The notes beneath the pieces are model-generated. The model was not told the origin of the DNA and did not search any database. It saw only the letters and a list, made by a program, of their open reading frames with translations. Shown one piece after another: positions 55,427 to 64,000 of a stretch of DNA of 64,000 nucleotides. Every line of letters starts with the position of its first letter. Positions within the stretch are counted from its first letter, which is position 1. This DNA comes from a phage. Position numbers and translations under genes: made by a program. The stretch lies in sequence record NC_104726.1. One strand, 5' to 3'.

Positions 55427-55609
55427 TCAACCATTAGTTAAAATTATTTTTGGGTAGAATTCTCCAGCCGCCGCCCCTGCCAGGTTAACCATCATTTTTT
55501 CGTACTCTTCTTTATGTTCCAACGCTCCCGCCATAGCCTTTTCAACCAGGGCGATAGCCTCAGCGTCATTAATAGCTACATTTTCCAGGGGGATCATATT
55601 ACCTTCCAT
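55427..55609 (-). CDS. hypothetical protein (60 aa)
   Basis: GAGGAGGTACAAAA SD. Confidence 0.45.
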   Translation of the reverse strand: MEGNMIPLENVAINDAEAIALVEKAMAGALEHKEEYEKMMVNLAGAAAGEFYPKIILTNG

Positions 55610-55869
55610 TTTTGTACCTCCTCTTCAATTGTTACCTATCCTATAGCATAGGCCCACCAGGTTTGCAAGCCTTCATTATCTCCTACCTGGTCAGTTAGGC
55701 CCTGCCAGGCTGGCCCCGCCAGGTTGCAGCGGTCAGCGCATCAGGTTAGAATTTTTTTTTTGAAAAGTGTTGACAGCGGCCCCGCCAGGTGGCAAAATAT
55801 ACCTATCGAAAGGACGGCAGGCACCGGTGACGGGGGAGACAACCACCGGGGATGGGCGCTGCATGAAAT

Positions 55870-55889
55870 GAGAACGATTATCATTATCG
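55870..55889. promoter_or_regulatory. Fur-box-like palindrome (GAGAACGATTATCATTATCG)
   Basis: Hexamer-repeat structure close to the GATAATGATAATCATTATC iron-box consensus, downstream of a GC-rich hairpin. Confidence 0.4.
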
Positions 55890-56005
55890 TCTAAAAATTT
55901 ATGCAAAAACTTCTTGCTTTCTTTGTCCTGTGTGTTACTATAATAACAAGCCGGGGCAGTAGGGGCCGGGAGACAATCACCGGGCCTGCCCGTTATTCTG
56001 CAAAC

Positions 56006-56022
56006 GAGAATGATTATCATTC
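56006..56022. promoter_or_regulatory. Fur-box-like palindrome (GAGAATGATTATCATTC)
   Basis: Second copy in an imperfect about 90-bp direct repeat of the preceding element. Confidence 0.4.
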
Positions 56023-56135
56023 AAAATTCTAAATGAGAACTCCTCGCATTTAATAAATTTAATTAGCACGCTAATTACCCTCCGTAACAATTTCCTATAA
56101 AATAGTATCCACTAAAATATTCCCATATAGAAATT

Positions 56136-56320
56136 TTAAAAATCCATTTCTGAAAACGAAAAATCGATTTCGTCCCCAAAAATTTCAGGCCAAGAGCCGG
56201 AGCGATTTCCAGAAAATCCGATTCAGAAAACGAAAAACAGATCAAGTACTGAGAAATTTATCGAGAAAAATTTTCAGAAAATCCAAGCCCTGAAATGAAA
56301 AGTAGATCGAGTACCTGGAA
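56136..56320. repeat. three imperfect about 40-bp A-rich direct repeats (AGAAAATCC...TGAAAACGAAAAA...GAT...)
   Basis: Units starting near 56139, 56212 and 56277 with 65-73 bp periodicity. Confidence 0.55.
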
Positions 56321-56626
56321 AGCTGCACCGCAACTTCAAGATAGTGGTTAGATTGTTACCATAGAAGGTCAAGGGTAAGTGGAGGAAGTTCTAGTAGAGG
56401 GAGGTTAGCATGTGTGGGAAATCTATAATGGTGGCCTGGAATATGGTGCAAACGATAGGATGAGTTATTCAGCTTGTCGCGCCTACTCTGAAAAATCCAT
56501 TTTAGTTTTCGATCCATTTTCTGATTTTCTAAGAATTTTAAAATATCTGGCCCGGTGAAATATCAAAAGGAGGAAATCCATTTTAGAAATCCCCCTTATA
56601 CTTGATATGCCAGGAATTTTCAAGTA

Positions 56627-56956
56627 TCAGCTGTCTTTGTTTTTAGGTTTGTACATGCGCAGAGGTATGGTCTTTGTAACATTCCATTTCCTCAACCCTT
56701 CCCAGCTCCAGTTGTGGGCGTGATACCCGGTTATGCATGCACTGCTGGCGTGATCATAAGCATAAGAGAACGCTATGTGCACCAGGTGGGGCCAGTCCTT
56801 CCACGGCTGTGGACCGTAAGCCTTTCTCCAACACCGACACAAACTAATTGTCTCAAGAATAGGGAGAATAACAATTCCATATACCACCACCAGAATGGTC
56901 AGTGCAATGATTGTCAGGAACACATACCCTGCAGTTGAAATGATGATCTCTGTCAT
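56627..56956 (-). CDS. membrane protein (109 aa)
   Basis: Two N-terminal hydrophobic helices; AAAGGGGA SD. Confidence 0.5.
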   Translation of the reverse strand: MTEIIISTAGYVFLTIIALTILVVVYGIVILPILETISLCRCWRKAYGPQPWKDWPHLVHIAFSYAYDHASSACITGYHAHNWSWEGLRKWNVTKTIPLRMYKPKNKDS

Positions 56957-57156
56957 TTGTCGTCCCCTTTCTTACGAATATAGATGTGAGAGCCTGCCTG
57001 TATATAAATTTCTCGACCATCCTCTGCAAAGATATGAAATACACGATCACCTTCGTACTCGATACGAGATATCTTCATAATGGTCTTTCCACCTGGGATA
57101 CGGATCTCGTCCCCCACAGCGATGTTCCATGCAGATTTAAGCTTAAACATCTGCAC
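56953..57156 (-). CDS. hypothetical protein (67 aa)
   Basis: AAGGAGGGTGCAG SD; ATGA overlap with downstream gene. Confidence 0.5.
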   Translation of the reverse strand: MQMFKLKSAWNIAVGDEIRIPGGKTIMKISRIEYEGDRVFHIFAEDGREIYIQAGSHIYIRKKGDDK

Positions 57157-57388
57157 CCTCCTTTGGGAACTTGAACTCTGGCATAGCCATATACGCTACA
57201 ACAGGGTTGTGATCAAAGTAGAACTGACCGTTAATTATCCCGGTTTTGTCCACATAGTTACCAGATCCTGCAAGAACAACCTCGCAAGCTCCGAAATCCA
57301 CATTGCCATCCTCATCAGCCATGGCTACGATATACTTTCCAAGAGGCATGTTTTTAACGCCGTCTACAAATGTCCACTCTGTGTTCAT
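57143..57388 (-). CDS. hypothetical protein (81 aa)
   Basis: ORF in tightly packed operon. Confidence 0.45.
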   Translation of the reverse strand: MNTEWTFVDGVKNMPLGKYIVAMADEDGNVDFGACEVVLAGSGNYVDKTGIINGQFYFDHNPVVAYMAMPEFKFPKEGADV

Positions 57389-57397
57389 ACTTTACCC

Positions 57398-57730
57398 TTA
57401 AGGTAGCCAGTAAACAATCTCGCCTTTCAGCTTCATATCGTTTCCAACATAAATTTCCCAGCCATCCATCTTAGCAACTGTAGGCCCAAAGTCATCCGCA
57501 CCCCTTACCTCTTTCCAGGCTCCGTAGTCAGGTTGCCAGATATAGAATCCACCTTCTTTGTCCCATGCTCCGTACACTACGTTTAACAGGTTTCCCATTG
57601 CAACAATGGTGGGCCGTGGGAATAATACATCTACAGATGCGCCACAATTTCGGGTATCTTTTAAGTTGCAATCCCAAAAGATGTCTGCCAGTGTGGCGGC
57701 GATAGCTTTACGTCTTTCCAAAGTTACCAT
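57398..57730 (-). CDS. hypothetical protein (110 aa)
   Basis: ORF in tightly packed operon. Confidence 0.5.
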   Translation of the reverse strand: MVTLERRKAIAATLADIFWDCNLKDTRNCGASVDVLFPRPTIVAMGNLLNVVYGAWDKEGGFYIWQPDYGAWKEVRGADDFGPTVAKMDGWEIYVGNDMKLKGEIVYWLP

Positions 57731-57740
57731 GGCACGATAC

Positions 57741-57932
57741 TCACTTGTTGTTAAGAAGTTCTAAAACTTTCTGTTTTACTTTATCAAGATCTGTTGATTC
57801 AAAAACTGTGCGATATCCCCAACTTTGCCCGTAGGAGTGACTGCAATCCCCGTAGCACCATTGCTCAATTTGATAGTATTCAAGGAAGGGGTGCTGTCTA
57901 ACTATGATACCATCCCGGTTAAAAATTACCAT
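57741..57932 (-). CDS. hypothetical protein (63 aa)
   Basis: ORF in tightly packed operon. Confidence 0.4.
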   Translation of the reverse strand: MVIFNRDGIIVRQHPFLEYYQIEQWCYGDCSHSYGQSWGYRTVFESTDLDKVKQKVLELLNNK

Positions 57933-57995
57933 AATACATCACTCTCTGTTAGTTTATGCATATATTATACACTGCAGTTTTCAGATGTCAATCTT

Positions 57996-58247
57996 TTACA
58001 GGTTACTCCAGTATAATCGGCATTTACATTTTGGGCAATGAGGTTCTTTTATGTAATAACCATCAGTCTTTGGAACACTTTTTGGTGCAGTTTTAAGATT
58101 GTACCGAGTAAAACACCGGAAGCAGGTTACCTCTCCAACCTGTTGATCGTTTATCCACTCGCCAGAGTAAAGCTCTCTCTTGTTTCTCATAATTCTCTCC
58201 CAAATCCTCTGCAATCTTATACCAAAATCTCCAGCCAGAAAGCACAC
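57996..58247 (-). CDS. small zinc-ribbon protein
   Basis: CFRC...CPKCKC cysteine pairs. Confidence 0.45.
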   Translation of the reverse strand: MCFLAGDFGIRLQRIWERIMRNKRELYSGEWINDQQVGEVTCFRCFTRYNLKTAPKSVPKTDGYYIKEPHCPKCKCRLYWSNL

Positions 58248-58441
58248 GGGAACATTTTGATGATTGAATCTTTACCTGGTTCAGTAGTTCTTTTTCCGTA
58301 TGGTAGGTAGAAATACACTCCTGCAGATTCGAACACAGCCCCTTCGGTCGTATCTATCACAGCCAGAATTAAGATTTTAGTCTCCACAGCGCTCTCCTCT
58401 CTTAGTCGTTGTGGAAACTATATCACCTCAGAAGATGGTCG

Positions 58442-58900
58442 TCAACACTTTTTATACTCTACTACAACCACATCAATATCTGCAGTTGCAAGATTAATTA
58501 CATCTTCTACGTGTTCCCACTTTAGACCGCCAATACCGCATCCGATTTTAGGAATGTAGAACGGCAATGACACACCTTTGAATACCTCGTTGACTCGCTC
58601 AAAACCTTTCATTATTGAGAAGTATTCAGCATTGGGCCCTGGGTAGAACTGGGTATACAGGTTGATTCCATATACGACCCTGTTCTTGGCAAAATGCTCC
58701 CAACAAGAAAACATACCCAGCTTGTCCAGATTACCATAGGCAGTCTCTTTGTCGGCTGCCAGTGCTTGAGGGAACTCACGGGCAATATCTTTCGCTATGC
58801 CTGCACCCATTGTATGAAAGCAGTTACAACCGTGGATCAGGTGACCAGCACCGCTCTTAAAAAGGGAGATTAAATCTCCACCTACAGTATCAATAATCAC
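58442..58900 (-). CDS. Macro-domain protein (ADP-ribose binding/processing)
   Basis: Macro signatures HGCNCFHTMGAGIAKDI and IPKIGCGIGGL (compare N-x-x-G-G-G-V and G-x-G-x-x-G blocks). Confidence 0.7.
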   Translation of the reverse strand: MIIDTVGGDLISLFKSGAGHLIHGCNCFHTMGAGIAKDIAREFPQALAADKETAYGNLDKLGMFSCWEHFAKNRVVYGINLYTQFYPGPNAEYFSIMKGFERVNEVFKGVSLPFYIPKIGCGIGGLKWEHVEDVINLATADIDVVVVEYKKC

Positions 58901-59315
58901 GGTATGTCAGCTCCTCTTCCGCAATTTCAAAAAACTCATCCCAACCTTGTGGCATATTTGAGTTGCCGAAGTGGCTTTCATAGTAAAGGTTCTCACCACT
59001 TGGGAGATAGAAATCTGTTACCTCGTAGAATCCACAATCGTCGCACTCGCCTTCTTCAAACTTGGCCTCAACCTTAATACCTAGGAAGGTGAAAAGTTTA
59101 TGGATATCTTCAGTTTCGAACTCCCAGCAGATATTGTTTTCCGCATCGGTGTAGAACTGGATCAGCAGACCATTATCCAGTTTACCAAAATATTCTGTGA
59201 AGTAACTACCTTCCCAGAAATCTTTATGACAAATAATATCCATGCGCTTGCCCATGATAAAGGTGTGGGCGTTTTGGGCATCGTCACGAATCAGTTTTGG
59301 CATTTCATAGATCAT
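58890..59315 (-). CDS. hypothetical protein (141 aa)
   Basis: ORF overlapping downstream gene start. Confidence 0.5.
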   Translation of the reverse strand: MIYEMPKLIRDDAQNAHTFIMGKRMDIICHKDFWEGSYFTEYFGKLDNGLLIQFYTDAENNICWEFETEDIHKLFTFLGIKVEAKFEEGECDDCGFYEVTDFYLPSGENLYYESHFGNSNMPQGWDEFFEIAEEELTYRDY

Positions 59316-59383
59316 CTTAGTTCTCCGGGTTCAACAGGTGGTGGTGCTACAGGAAGATCATAAAACATGGCTATCACAGTCTC

Positions 59384-59581
59384 TTACACAGGAATTGCTT
59401 CAAATAGACCGTTATCTATACCGTCCTTCAGATAGAGATTATATTCTATGTCGGTATCTGTATAAAGGGCAGCATCCAGCATTCTATCTGTGAGTCCATC
59501 CATTGGGTGGAGAAACCACCACCCACGCCAGTCAAAGTAACAGCCTGGTGCATCTTCTCTTACACGGATTCGATAAATCAT
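59384..59581 (-). CDS. hypothetical protein (65 aa)
   Basis: ORF. Confidence 0.4.
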   Translation of the reverse strand: MIYRIRVREDAPGCYFDWRGWWFLHPMDGLTDRMLDAALYTDTDIEYNLYLKDGIDNGLFEAIPV

Positions 59582-59677
59582 GGGCAGTGGTCTCCTGTTA
59601 GTTATACATCCCAGTTTTCTTCGTTCATCGCGTCCTCCCGTTTTATGAAGTTATAATTGCACACCTTTCAACCTGTG

Positions 59678-60094
59678 TCAACAGAAAACTTCAACAAATT
59701 CTTCCACAGTTTTAATGTCATGGGAAAAAGGTTTACGGCTATAACGGGCAATAGCACTATCAACCACCGCCCGATACTCAAGATCTTCAGAATATTTCAT
59801 GAAGCATTGCAGCGTCTCTGGGCAGATAGCTAAATAGCTCCACCACCCTTCTTCAGATTGGTAGTCGAATCCCATACTTTCCAACCATGAAGCATATACT
59901 CCTGCACCCTCAAGCCAGTGAGTATTTTCATCCAGAAACTTGTTAATAGACATGTGAGCTTCTAAGCATTTATCCAGCTCTTTTCCGTTAACCAGCCACG
60001 CACTGACCGTGGCGCATCCAAGGTCTACAGATTGAGTTGACAGGTTGTATTGGTCATAGTTCTCAGGTTTAACAATGATATCTTCTAATGTCAT
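59678..60094 (-). CDS. hypothetical protein (138 aa)
   Basis: AAGGAGATCTGAAAA SD. Confidence 0.5.
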   Translation of the reverse strand: MTLEDIIVKPENYDQYNLSTQSVDLGCATVSAWLVNGKELDKCLEAHMSINKFLDENTHWLEGAGVYASWLESMGFDYQSEEGWWSYLAICPETLQCFMKYSEDLEYRAVVDSAIARYSRKPFSHDIKTVEEFVEVFC

Positions 60095-60156
60095 TTTTCA
60101 GATCTCCTTATACAAAAATGCCCCACCCTTTCGGGCAGGGCTATGTTAACTAGGTG

Positions 60157-60780
60157 CTAAAAGTATTCGTAGAGGTATCCATCGGGGGCTGGAATTTTTT
60201 CATGAATGTAGTAATCAACACATATTCCGGTTTCTCTTCTACAAGAATTGTGGGATACCCATTCTTTAAGAACGTTTCCATTCATGTCCAGCCTCCTTAC
60301 ATTTTTACACCGTCTACCGCTGGTGCTTCTATGCAATAGAATATCCTCCGTCTGCTTGTCTTTATTTTCTCCCCAGGTCGTTAAACGGATATTATCAAAA
60401 GAGTACCCTTTGAAATCATCTATCCTGTCACAAGAAGGCTTTTTCCTTTTGTCGTATCCGCTGGCTACCCACTGATCATACAACTCTTTGTAACCGTTCA
60501 GGTATAGCCACTCCTTAAACTCTTTTTTGGTGTAAGTCGGAGGCGGGTGACCTCTTTGCTTGCTGTTGCACTTTTGAGCCTTGTACAGCACGCGTATTAC
60601 ACCTTTTTCTGAAGAGTCGTGGGAAAATTGGTCAGCCTCCCTGCTGGCCTTCTTGCAACACTCTTTGCACTTATTAAGATGACCGTCAGACATCTTTGGG
60701 TGTTTGTAGAACTCGGAGAGGTTTTTCACCTCTCCGCACTTGATGCACCTCTTACAATGCGTGGATTCTACTTTTGCCAT
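60157..60780 (-). CDS. putative homing endonuclease-like protein (zinc finger plus degenerate HNH-like block)
   Basis: N-terminal CKRCIKCG...C-x-x-C zinc finger; [23 protein letters not shown] resembles an HNH_3-type core with substitutions; start at internal ATG (MAKVESTHC). Confidence 0.45.
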   Translation of the reverse strand: MAKVESTHCKRCIKCGEVKNLSEFYKHPKMSDGHLNKCKECCKKASREADQFSHDSSEKGVIRVLYKAQKCNSKQRGHPPPTYTKKEFKEWLYLNGYKELYDQWVASGYDKRKKPSCDRIDDFKGYSFDNIRLTTWGENKDKQTEDILLHRSTSGRRCKNVRRLDMNGNVLKEWVSHNSCRRETGICVDYYIHEKIPAPDGYLYEYF

Positions 60781-62023
60781 ATTGCAAACCCACCGGAGCG
60801 AAAGGTATGTCATCACAGAACTCATACTGTGCTGGATTCTGATCCATTGGGTCATCTTCCTCATCATTTACAGGAGGAGCGTCTACAGTGTTTTGCTGTG
60901 GAGCTGCTTCCTGTTTGGCAGCCTGAGGTTCTTGATGGTCAGTGGACTCAGCACCGTTCTTGATCCAATCGTACAACGGCTCAGCCAGATTAGTCAAGAC
61001 ATCTTTTGCTTCTGCAGTAATTGCCGCTGCAAAATCATCAACTTTCGTTTTCTTGTCAATACGGCGACAAGCGTTCAACACCGCATTACCGACACTGGCA
61101 CCTACTTCATCTTCAGTTCGGTTGGTGGCTTGAGCATACTCTTTCTTAAGCTCAATAGTGACTACGTGTAGTGTTTTAGCCACTCCTAGTGGGTCGTCTA
61201 CCTTAAACCCGCGATCCAGGATGATTTGCAACGCATTGATGCTATGCCCCGTTTCCACACCGATAGGGTCGTAAGAGGATTTACGCTTGCCACCAGAGCC
61301 TTGAGTACCGTTCTCTGCCTTAGGAGGATAGGCTTTGAAACCACTGATAATGTTTCCGGTGTCTTTGTCAACAATGGCTGCAACACGACCACCTACCACC
61401 AGGTCTTTAAGCTGCTCATCAGTTACAACCATAGCACCTTCGCCAATCTTGTGGTCATTAACAGTAACCACGTTGCCAACAATCTGAGTCACATCACCAT
61501 AGATGCGTAAAACGTCCTGATTGGCATTCTGCTGAGGTTTCTGCTTCTGGCCTTGTGATTGTGCACCTTGTTGCTGTTTTTGCTGCTGAGTCGCTGCTGG
61601 AGCCTCTCCTGCACCCAGCTTAACCATCTTAGCCAGTGAGCCTTTGTAGTAGGTCTTACCGTTATGCTCGTTTGCCTTCAAAGGGATATTTACGATCCAT
61701 CCTGGCGTTACGGTTTCCCACTTGTCATCAATTTTAACAGAGACAGAGTCTTGATGACCCGGTTTAAGCAGCTTATCGCCCATACTGATCCAAACTTCTT
61801 CACCACCTTGAAGTAGGTTATCAGAGGAATCCAGTTCAGAAATCAGTAAAGAGATGGTGTGGCTGGACTCAATTTTCTTACCTTGCCACACAGTGGTTTT
61901 AATACCTGTTGTAGGATCAGCACCTTTGATAGGCTTGATGCTGACGCGTTTAATCATGCCGTGAGCCAGTAAAACAGTTTCACGCGGATTCATCGGGTTA
62001 GCGAATTGTTGAATAACGCTCAT
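60752..62023 (-). CDS. putative single-stranded DNA-binding protein (OB-fold N-domain, Gln-rich linker, acidic tail with DDIPF)
   Basis: Acidic C-terminal region [21 protein letters not shown] resembling the SSB tip motif DDDIPF, followed by 16 extra residues that overlap the next gene. Confidence 0.45.
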   Translation of the reverse strand: MSVIQQFANPMNPRETVLLAHGMIKRVSIKPIKGADPTTGIKTTVWQGKKIESSHTISLLISELDSSDNLLQGGEEVWISMGDKLLKPGHQDSVSVKIDDKWETVTPGWIVNIPLKANEHNGKTYYKGSLAKMVKLGAGEAPAATQQQKQQQGAQSQGQKQKPQQNANQDVLRIYGDVTQIVGNVVTVNDHKIGEGAMVVTDEQLKDLVVGGRVAAIVDKDTGNIISGFKAYPPKAENGTQGSGGKRKSSYDPIGVETGHSINALQIILDRGFKVDDPLGVAKTLHVVTIELKKEYAQATNRTEDEVGASVGNAVLNACRRIDKKTKVDDFAAAITAEAKDVLTNLAEPLYDWIKNGAESTDHQEPQAAKQEAAPQQNTVDAPPVNDEEDDPMDQNPAQYEFCDDIPFAPVGLQYGKSRIHAL

Positions 62024-62388
62024 TCTTTGTCTCCTTGTTCTTCGTTAGTGTTTGCCGTGTGTGCAAACCCTGCTTGAATTAATTTGTCCTGAACTTGAGC
62101 CAACAGGCCCATTGCAAAACTTGTGGTCCCAGAGAGGGCCATCAACATATCTCGTTGTTGAGCTACCCAACCTAAGGCATAGTCCAAACGACGATATTTT
62201 TCTTCTTCACGCAGAGCCTGAAATAATTGTTCAGCCTCCGGTTGTTGTGTGAGCTCCTGAAGTCTTCCCATGAAAGAAGAAAGCACTAGCAAAAGAGACA
62301 CTTGATCTTTACTTAACCCTAAGAAAAATTCTTGAGGTTGTTCTTGCTCGTTCATCGCAACCGACTCTTGATCGTTCATTTGTTCCAT
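62020..62388 (-). CDS. hypothetical acidic protein (122 aa)
   Basis: ORF, ATGA overlap. Confidence 0.5.
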   Translation of the reverse strand: MEQMNDQESVAMNEQEQPQEFFLGLSKDQVSLLLVLSSFMGRLQELTQQPEAEQLFQALREEEKYRRLDYALGWVAQQRDMLMALSGTTSFAMGLLAQVQDKLIQAGFAHTANTNEEQGDKE

Positions 62389-62471
62389 TATGGAATCTCC
62401 GATTTTATTTGAACAACATAGAAGGAGACACTATTTTAGCATCCCCTTCTGTAAATTACAATAGGTATTTG

Positions 62472-62717
62472 TTAGCCAATCACTTCGAAAGTTCCCCAAT
62501 TCCCGTCCAGCAGGCAGGTGATCGGATCCCCATCGTCGTCAAAGATTTCAAAGTTTTCAGCATCCAGGATGTGGCCCTCGAACACAATACTTTCGTCGCC
62601 ACCGCCAGAGATAACAGCATATTCCTTGCCTTGAGTCAAGTTTTGACACCCTTTGCCACCAAAACCTACTTCAACACAACGTACTTTCTGTCCTGCGCGA
62701 GCAACTGCTTCAGTCAT
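62472..62717 (-). CDS. hypothetical protein (81 aa)
   Basis: AGGAGACC SD. Confidence 0.5.
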   Translation of the reverse strand: MTEAVARAGQKVRCVEVGFGGKGCQNLTQGKEYAVISGGGDESIVFEGHILDAENFEIFDDDGDPITCLLDGNWGTFEVIG

Positions 62718-62734
62718 CTTAAGGTCTCCTGATA

Positions 62735-63055
62735 TTAATCGTCAAGTTCAAAATAGATTTTAACAGCTTCATCAAAGATTGGAATCCCGATGTTGTTGAT
62801 AAGCTGCCAAACTACCATATCTTTACCTGGGTCTGGGAGAATGTCAACCTTTCTCCATGCGCTGTATATCCAGTTTGGACCACCTTCTGCACTAACTGGC
62901 AGATTTTCACCAGCCTCCTGCAGATACTTATACAGCAAAAGATATTCTGGATACTCTAGAACACTGTCCTCTGTAGTATATAGCAGTTCACGGTATACTT
63001 TTAAGAACCCTGCTGGGGTGATGTTTTCAGTCTTCATTTGCTGCTTCTCCTGCAT
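62735..63055 (-). CDS. hypothetical protein (106 aa)
   Basis: ORF. Confidence 0.5.
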   Translation of the reverse strand: MQEKQQMKTENITPAGFLKVYRELLYTTEDSVLEYPEYLLLYKYLQEAGENLPVSAEGGPNWIYSAWRKVDILPDPGKDMVVWQLINNIGIPIFDEAVKIYFELDD

Positions 63056-63419
63056 TCATCAGATCTGCCATAGCGTCACCCACGAAGAGAACAACCACAT
63101 CGTTGACCGCGTCAGCATCATCTTTGTTGACGTTGCTGAATTTAGGACACACAGCAATAATCATATAGACACCGTTACCAACCTGAACTGTCCGTGTGGT
63201 GCACATCATGGCTGTATTTGTACCTTCTTTGAAAGCGAATCCTTGAAGACGCTCCTCCAAAGTGTTACCGGTAGATTTCAGAAGCGCCAGCTCGTCCAAG
63301 GCATAGATGATATCTCCGGAAGTTAGTGTTGCCTTGCCATCAGACACCATAATCACTCCATCAGCACCGTCAAGCTTAGAGGCTTCAAAGATATCGATAT
63401 CCCAAATATTTTTCATCAC
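63027..63419 (-). CDS. hypothetical protein (130 aa)
   Basis: ORF overlapping neighbours. Confidence 0.5.
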   Translation of the reverse strand: MMKNIWDIDIFEASKLDGADGVIMVSDGKATLTSGDIIYALDELALLKSTGNTLEERLQGFAFKEGTNTAMMCTTRTVQVGNGVYMIIAVCPKFSNVNKDDADAVNDVVVLFVGDAMADLMNAGEAANED

Positions 63420-63736
63420 GCTTCCTCGTCGTCTAAGGAGTTGAAGATTTCACCGAAATATTCTAAGACTTCTAGCTCTCGTGTGGTGCAGAAAACACAG
63501 TCACCGTTGTCATCCTCGATAACGGCCTCTTTACCCAGCACATCTACTTCAAGTTTATCGTTCAACAGGACGGCCCCTGTGTAAACTTTGTCAGCTGTGC
63601 AGTCCCGAAAAGCAGAGTCCTTCTCTAGATAGTCTGGCTTAACCTTGGCTTTAATTCGTTGATATTGTTTGGTCATTGCTGTGGTCCCCTTTCGTTTTGA
63701 TAGGACCATTGTATTAGGTCCTATCGCTGTTGTCAA
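63416..63736 (-). CDS. hypothetical protein, paralogue of 63740-63994
   Basis: Shared DSAFRDCT / DRAFKDCT block and Cys spacing. Confidence 0.5.
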   Translation of the reverse strand: MTTAIGPNTMVLSKRKGTTAMTKQYQRIKAKVKPDYLEKDSAFRDCTADKVYTGAVLLNDKLEVDVLGKEAVIEDDNGDCVFCTTRELEVLEYFGEIFNSLDDEEA

Positions 63737-63739
63737 GTA

Positions 63740-63994
63740 TTAATGTTCAGTTTTTACAAAAACTACTTCGTTAACAGTGCACCAGACAGAGTCTCCTTCA
63801 TCATCTTTAAAGGTAAGGCACTGTGCTGAGTTTTCCAGCTCATCAAGCTCTTCTTGTGATAGAGGGGCCCCTTCTTCCAAAAGGGCTTTTACCAAAGGGT
63901 TCTCACAAAACTCTGCTTCATAAGTAGCGCCAAGTGTGCAATCTTTAAAAGCTCGGTCGTTTGCAACGCATTCTGGTTTCAACATGATTTTCAT
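63740..63994 (-). CDS. hypothetical protein, paralogue of 63416-63736
   Basis: Shared D-x-AF-x-DCT block; acidic. Confidence 0.5.
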   Translation of the reverse strand: MKIMLKPECVANDRAFKDCTLGATYEAEFCENPLVKALLEEGAPLSQEELDELENSAQCLTFKDDEGDSVWCTVNEVVFVKTEH

Positions 63995-64000
63995 CTTAGA

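Noticed and set aside
55733-56020. Track ORF (95 aa, minus strand) inside the repeat-rich non-coding region
   Set aside because: Spans the Fur-box-like repeats and GC hairpins, no SD, Pro/Gly/Arg-rich composition typical of a chance frame through GC-rich repeats.
58296-58390. tRNA-like T-loop motif (GTTCGAATC on the minus strand) in the gap between minus-strand genes
   Set aside because: The flanking bases cannot form a 5-bp T-stem and no acceptor or anticodon arm pairing could be drawn; probably a chance match. No tRNA called anywhere in the window.
60740-63326. Several plus-strand ORFs (for example 60740-61171, 61226-61510, 62409-62732, 62790-63326) antisense to the minus-strand genes
   Set aside because: Each lies within a longer, better-supported minus-strand gene with SD and operon context; the antisense frames lack SD and have odd composition.

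Overview
This window reads as a fragment of a large virulent dsDNA phage genome with T4-like early and nucleotide-metabolism gene content; all calls are from reading the sequence and ORF track by eye, with no searches run. Positions 1-42772 are almost entirely plus-strand genes: a split RNA healing/sealing module (P-loop kinase, metallophosphoesterase, RNA ligase) next to a Sir2-family protein, ATP-dependent DNA ligase, lambda-R-type endolysin, HNH-AP2 homing endonuclease, RNase H/FEN, RuvC-like and endonuclease VII resolvases, DnaQ-like exonuclease, two orphan DNA methyltransferases, dNMP kinase, HAD hydrolase, ThyX-like protein, nrdA, nrdB, glutaredoxin, nrdD split by a 257-nt group I intron, nrdG, PhoH, a ClpP-like protease, a ribosome hibernation factor (HPF) homologue, and a tandem array of about ten small paralogous proteins. 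Positions 42773-45233 are a 2.4-kb non-coding, repeat-rich region into which both gene blocks converge. Positions 45234-64000 are minus-strand genes: many small early-type ORFs with consensus sigma70 promoters and conserved leader hairpins, tiny membrane peptides, a macro-domain protein, an HNH-like endonuclease and an SSB-like protein, interrupted at 55610-56626 by a second repeat-rich non-coding region with Fur-box-like palindromes. No tRNA, rRNA or CRISPR array was found. The most promising candidates for an undescribed system are the split RNA-repair module with Sir2, the small-protein paralogue array around HPF, the paired zinc-ribbon-repeat/T5orf172-like genes, and the two repeat-rich non-coding regions. 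Adjusted CDS starts were derived by frame arithmetic from the ORF track; non-coding feature coordinates are approximate to within a few bases.
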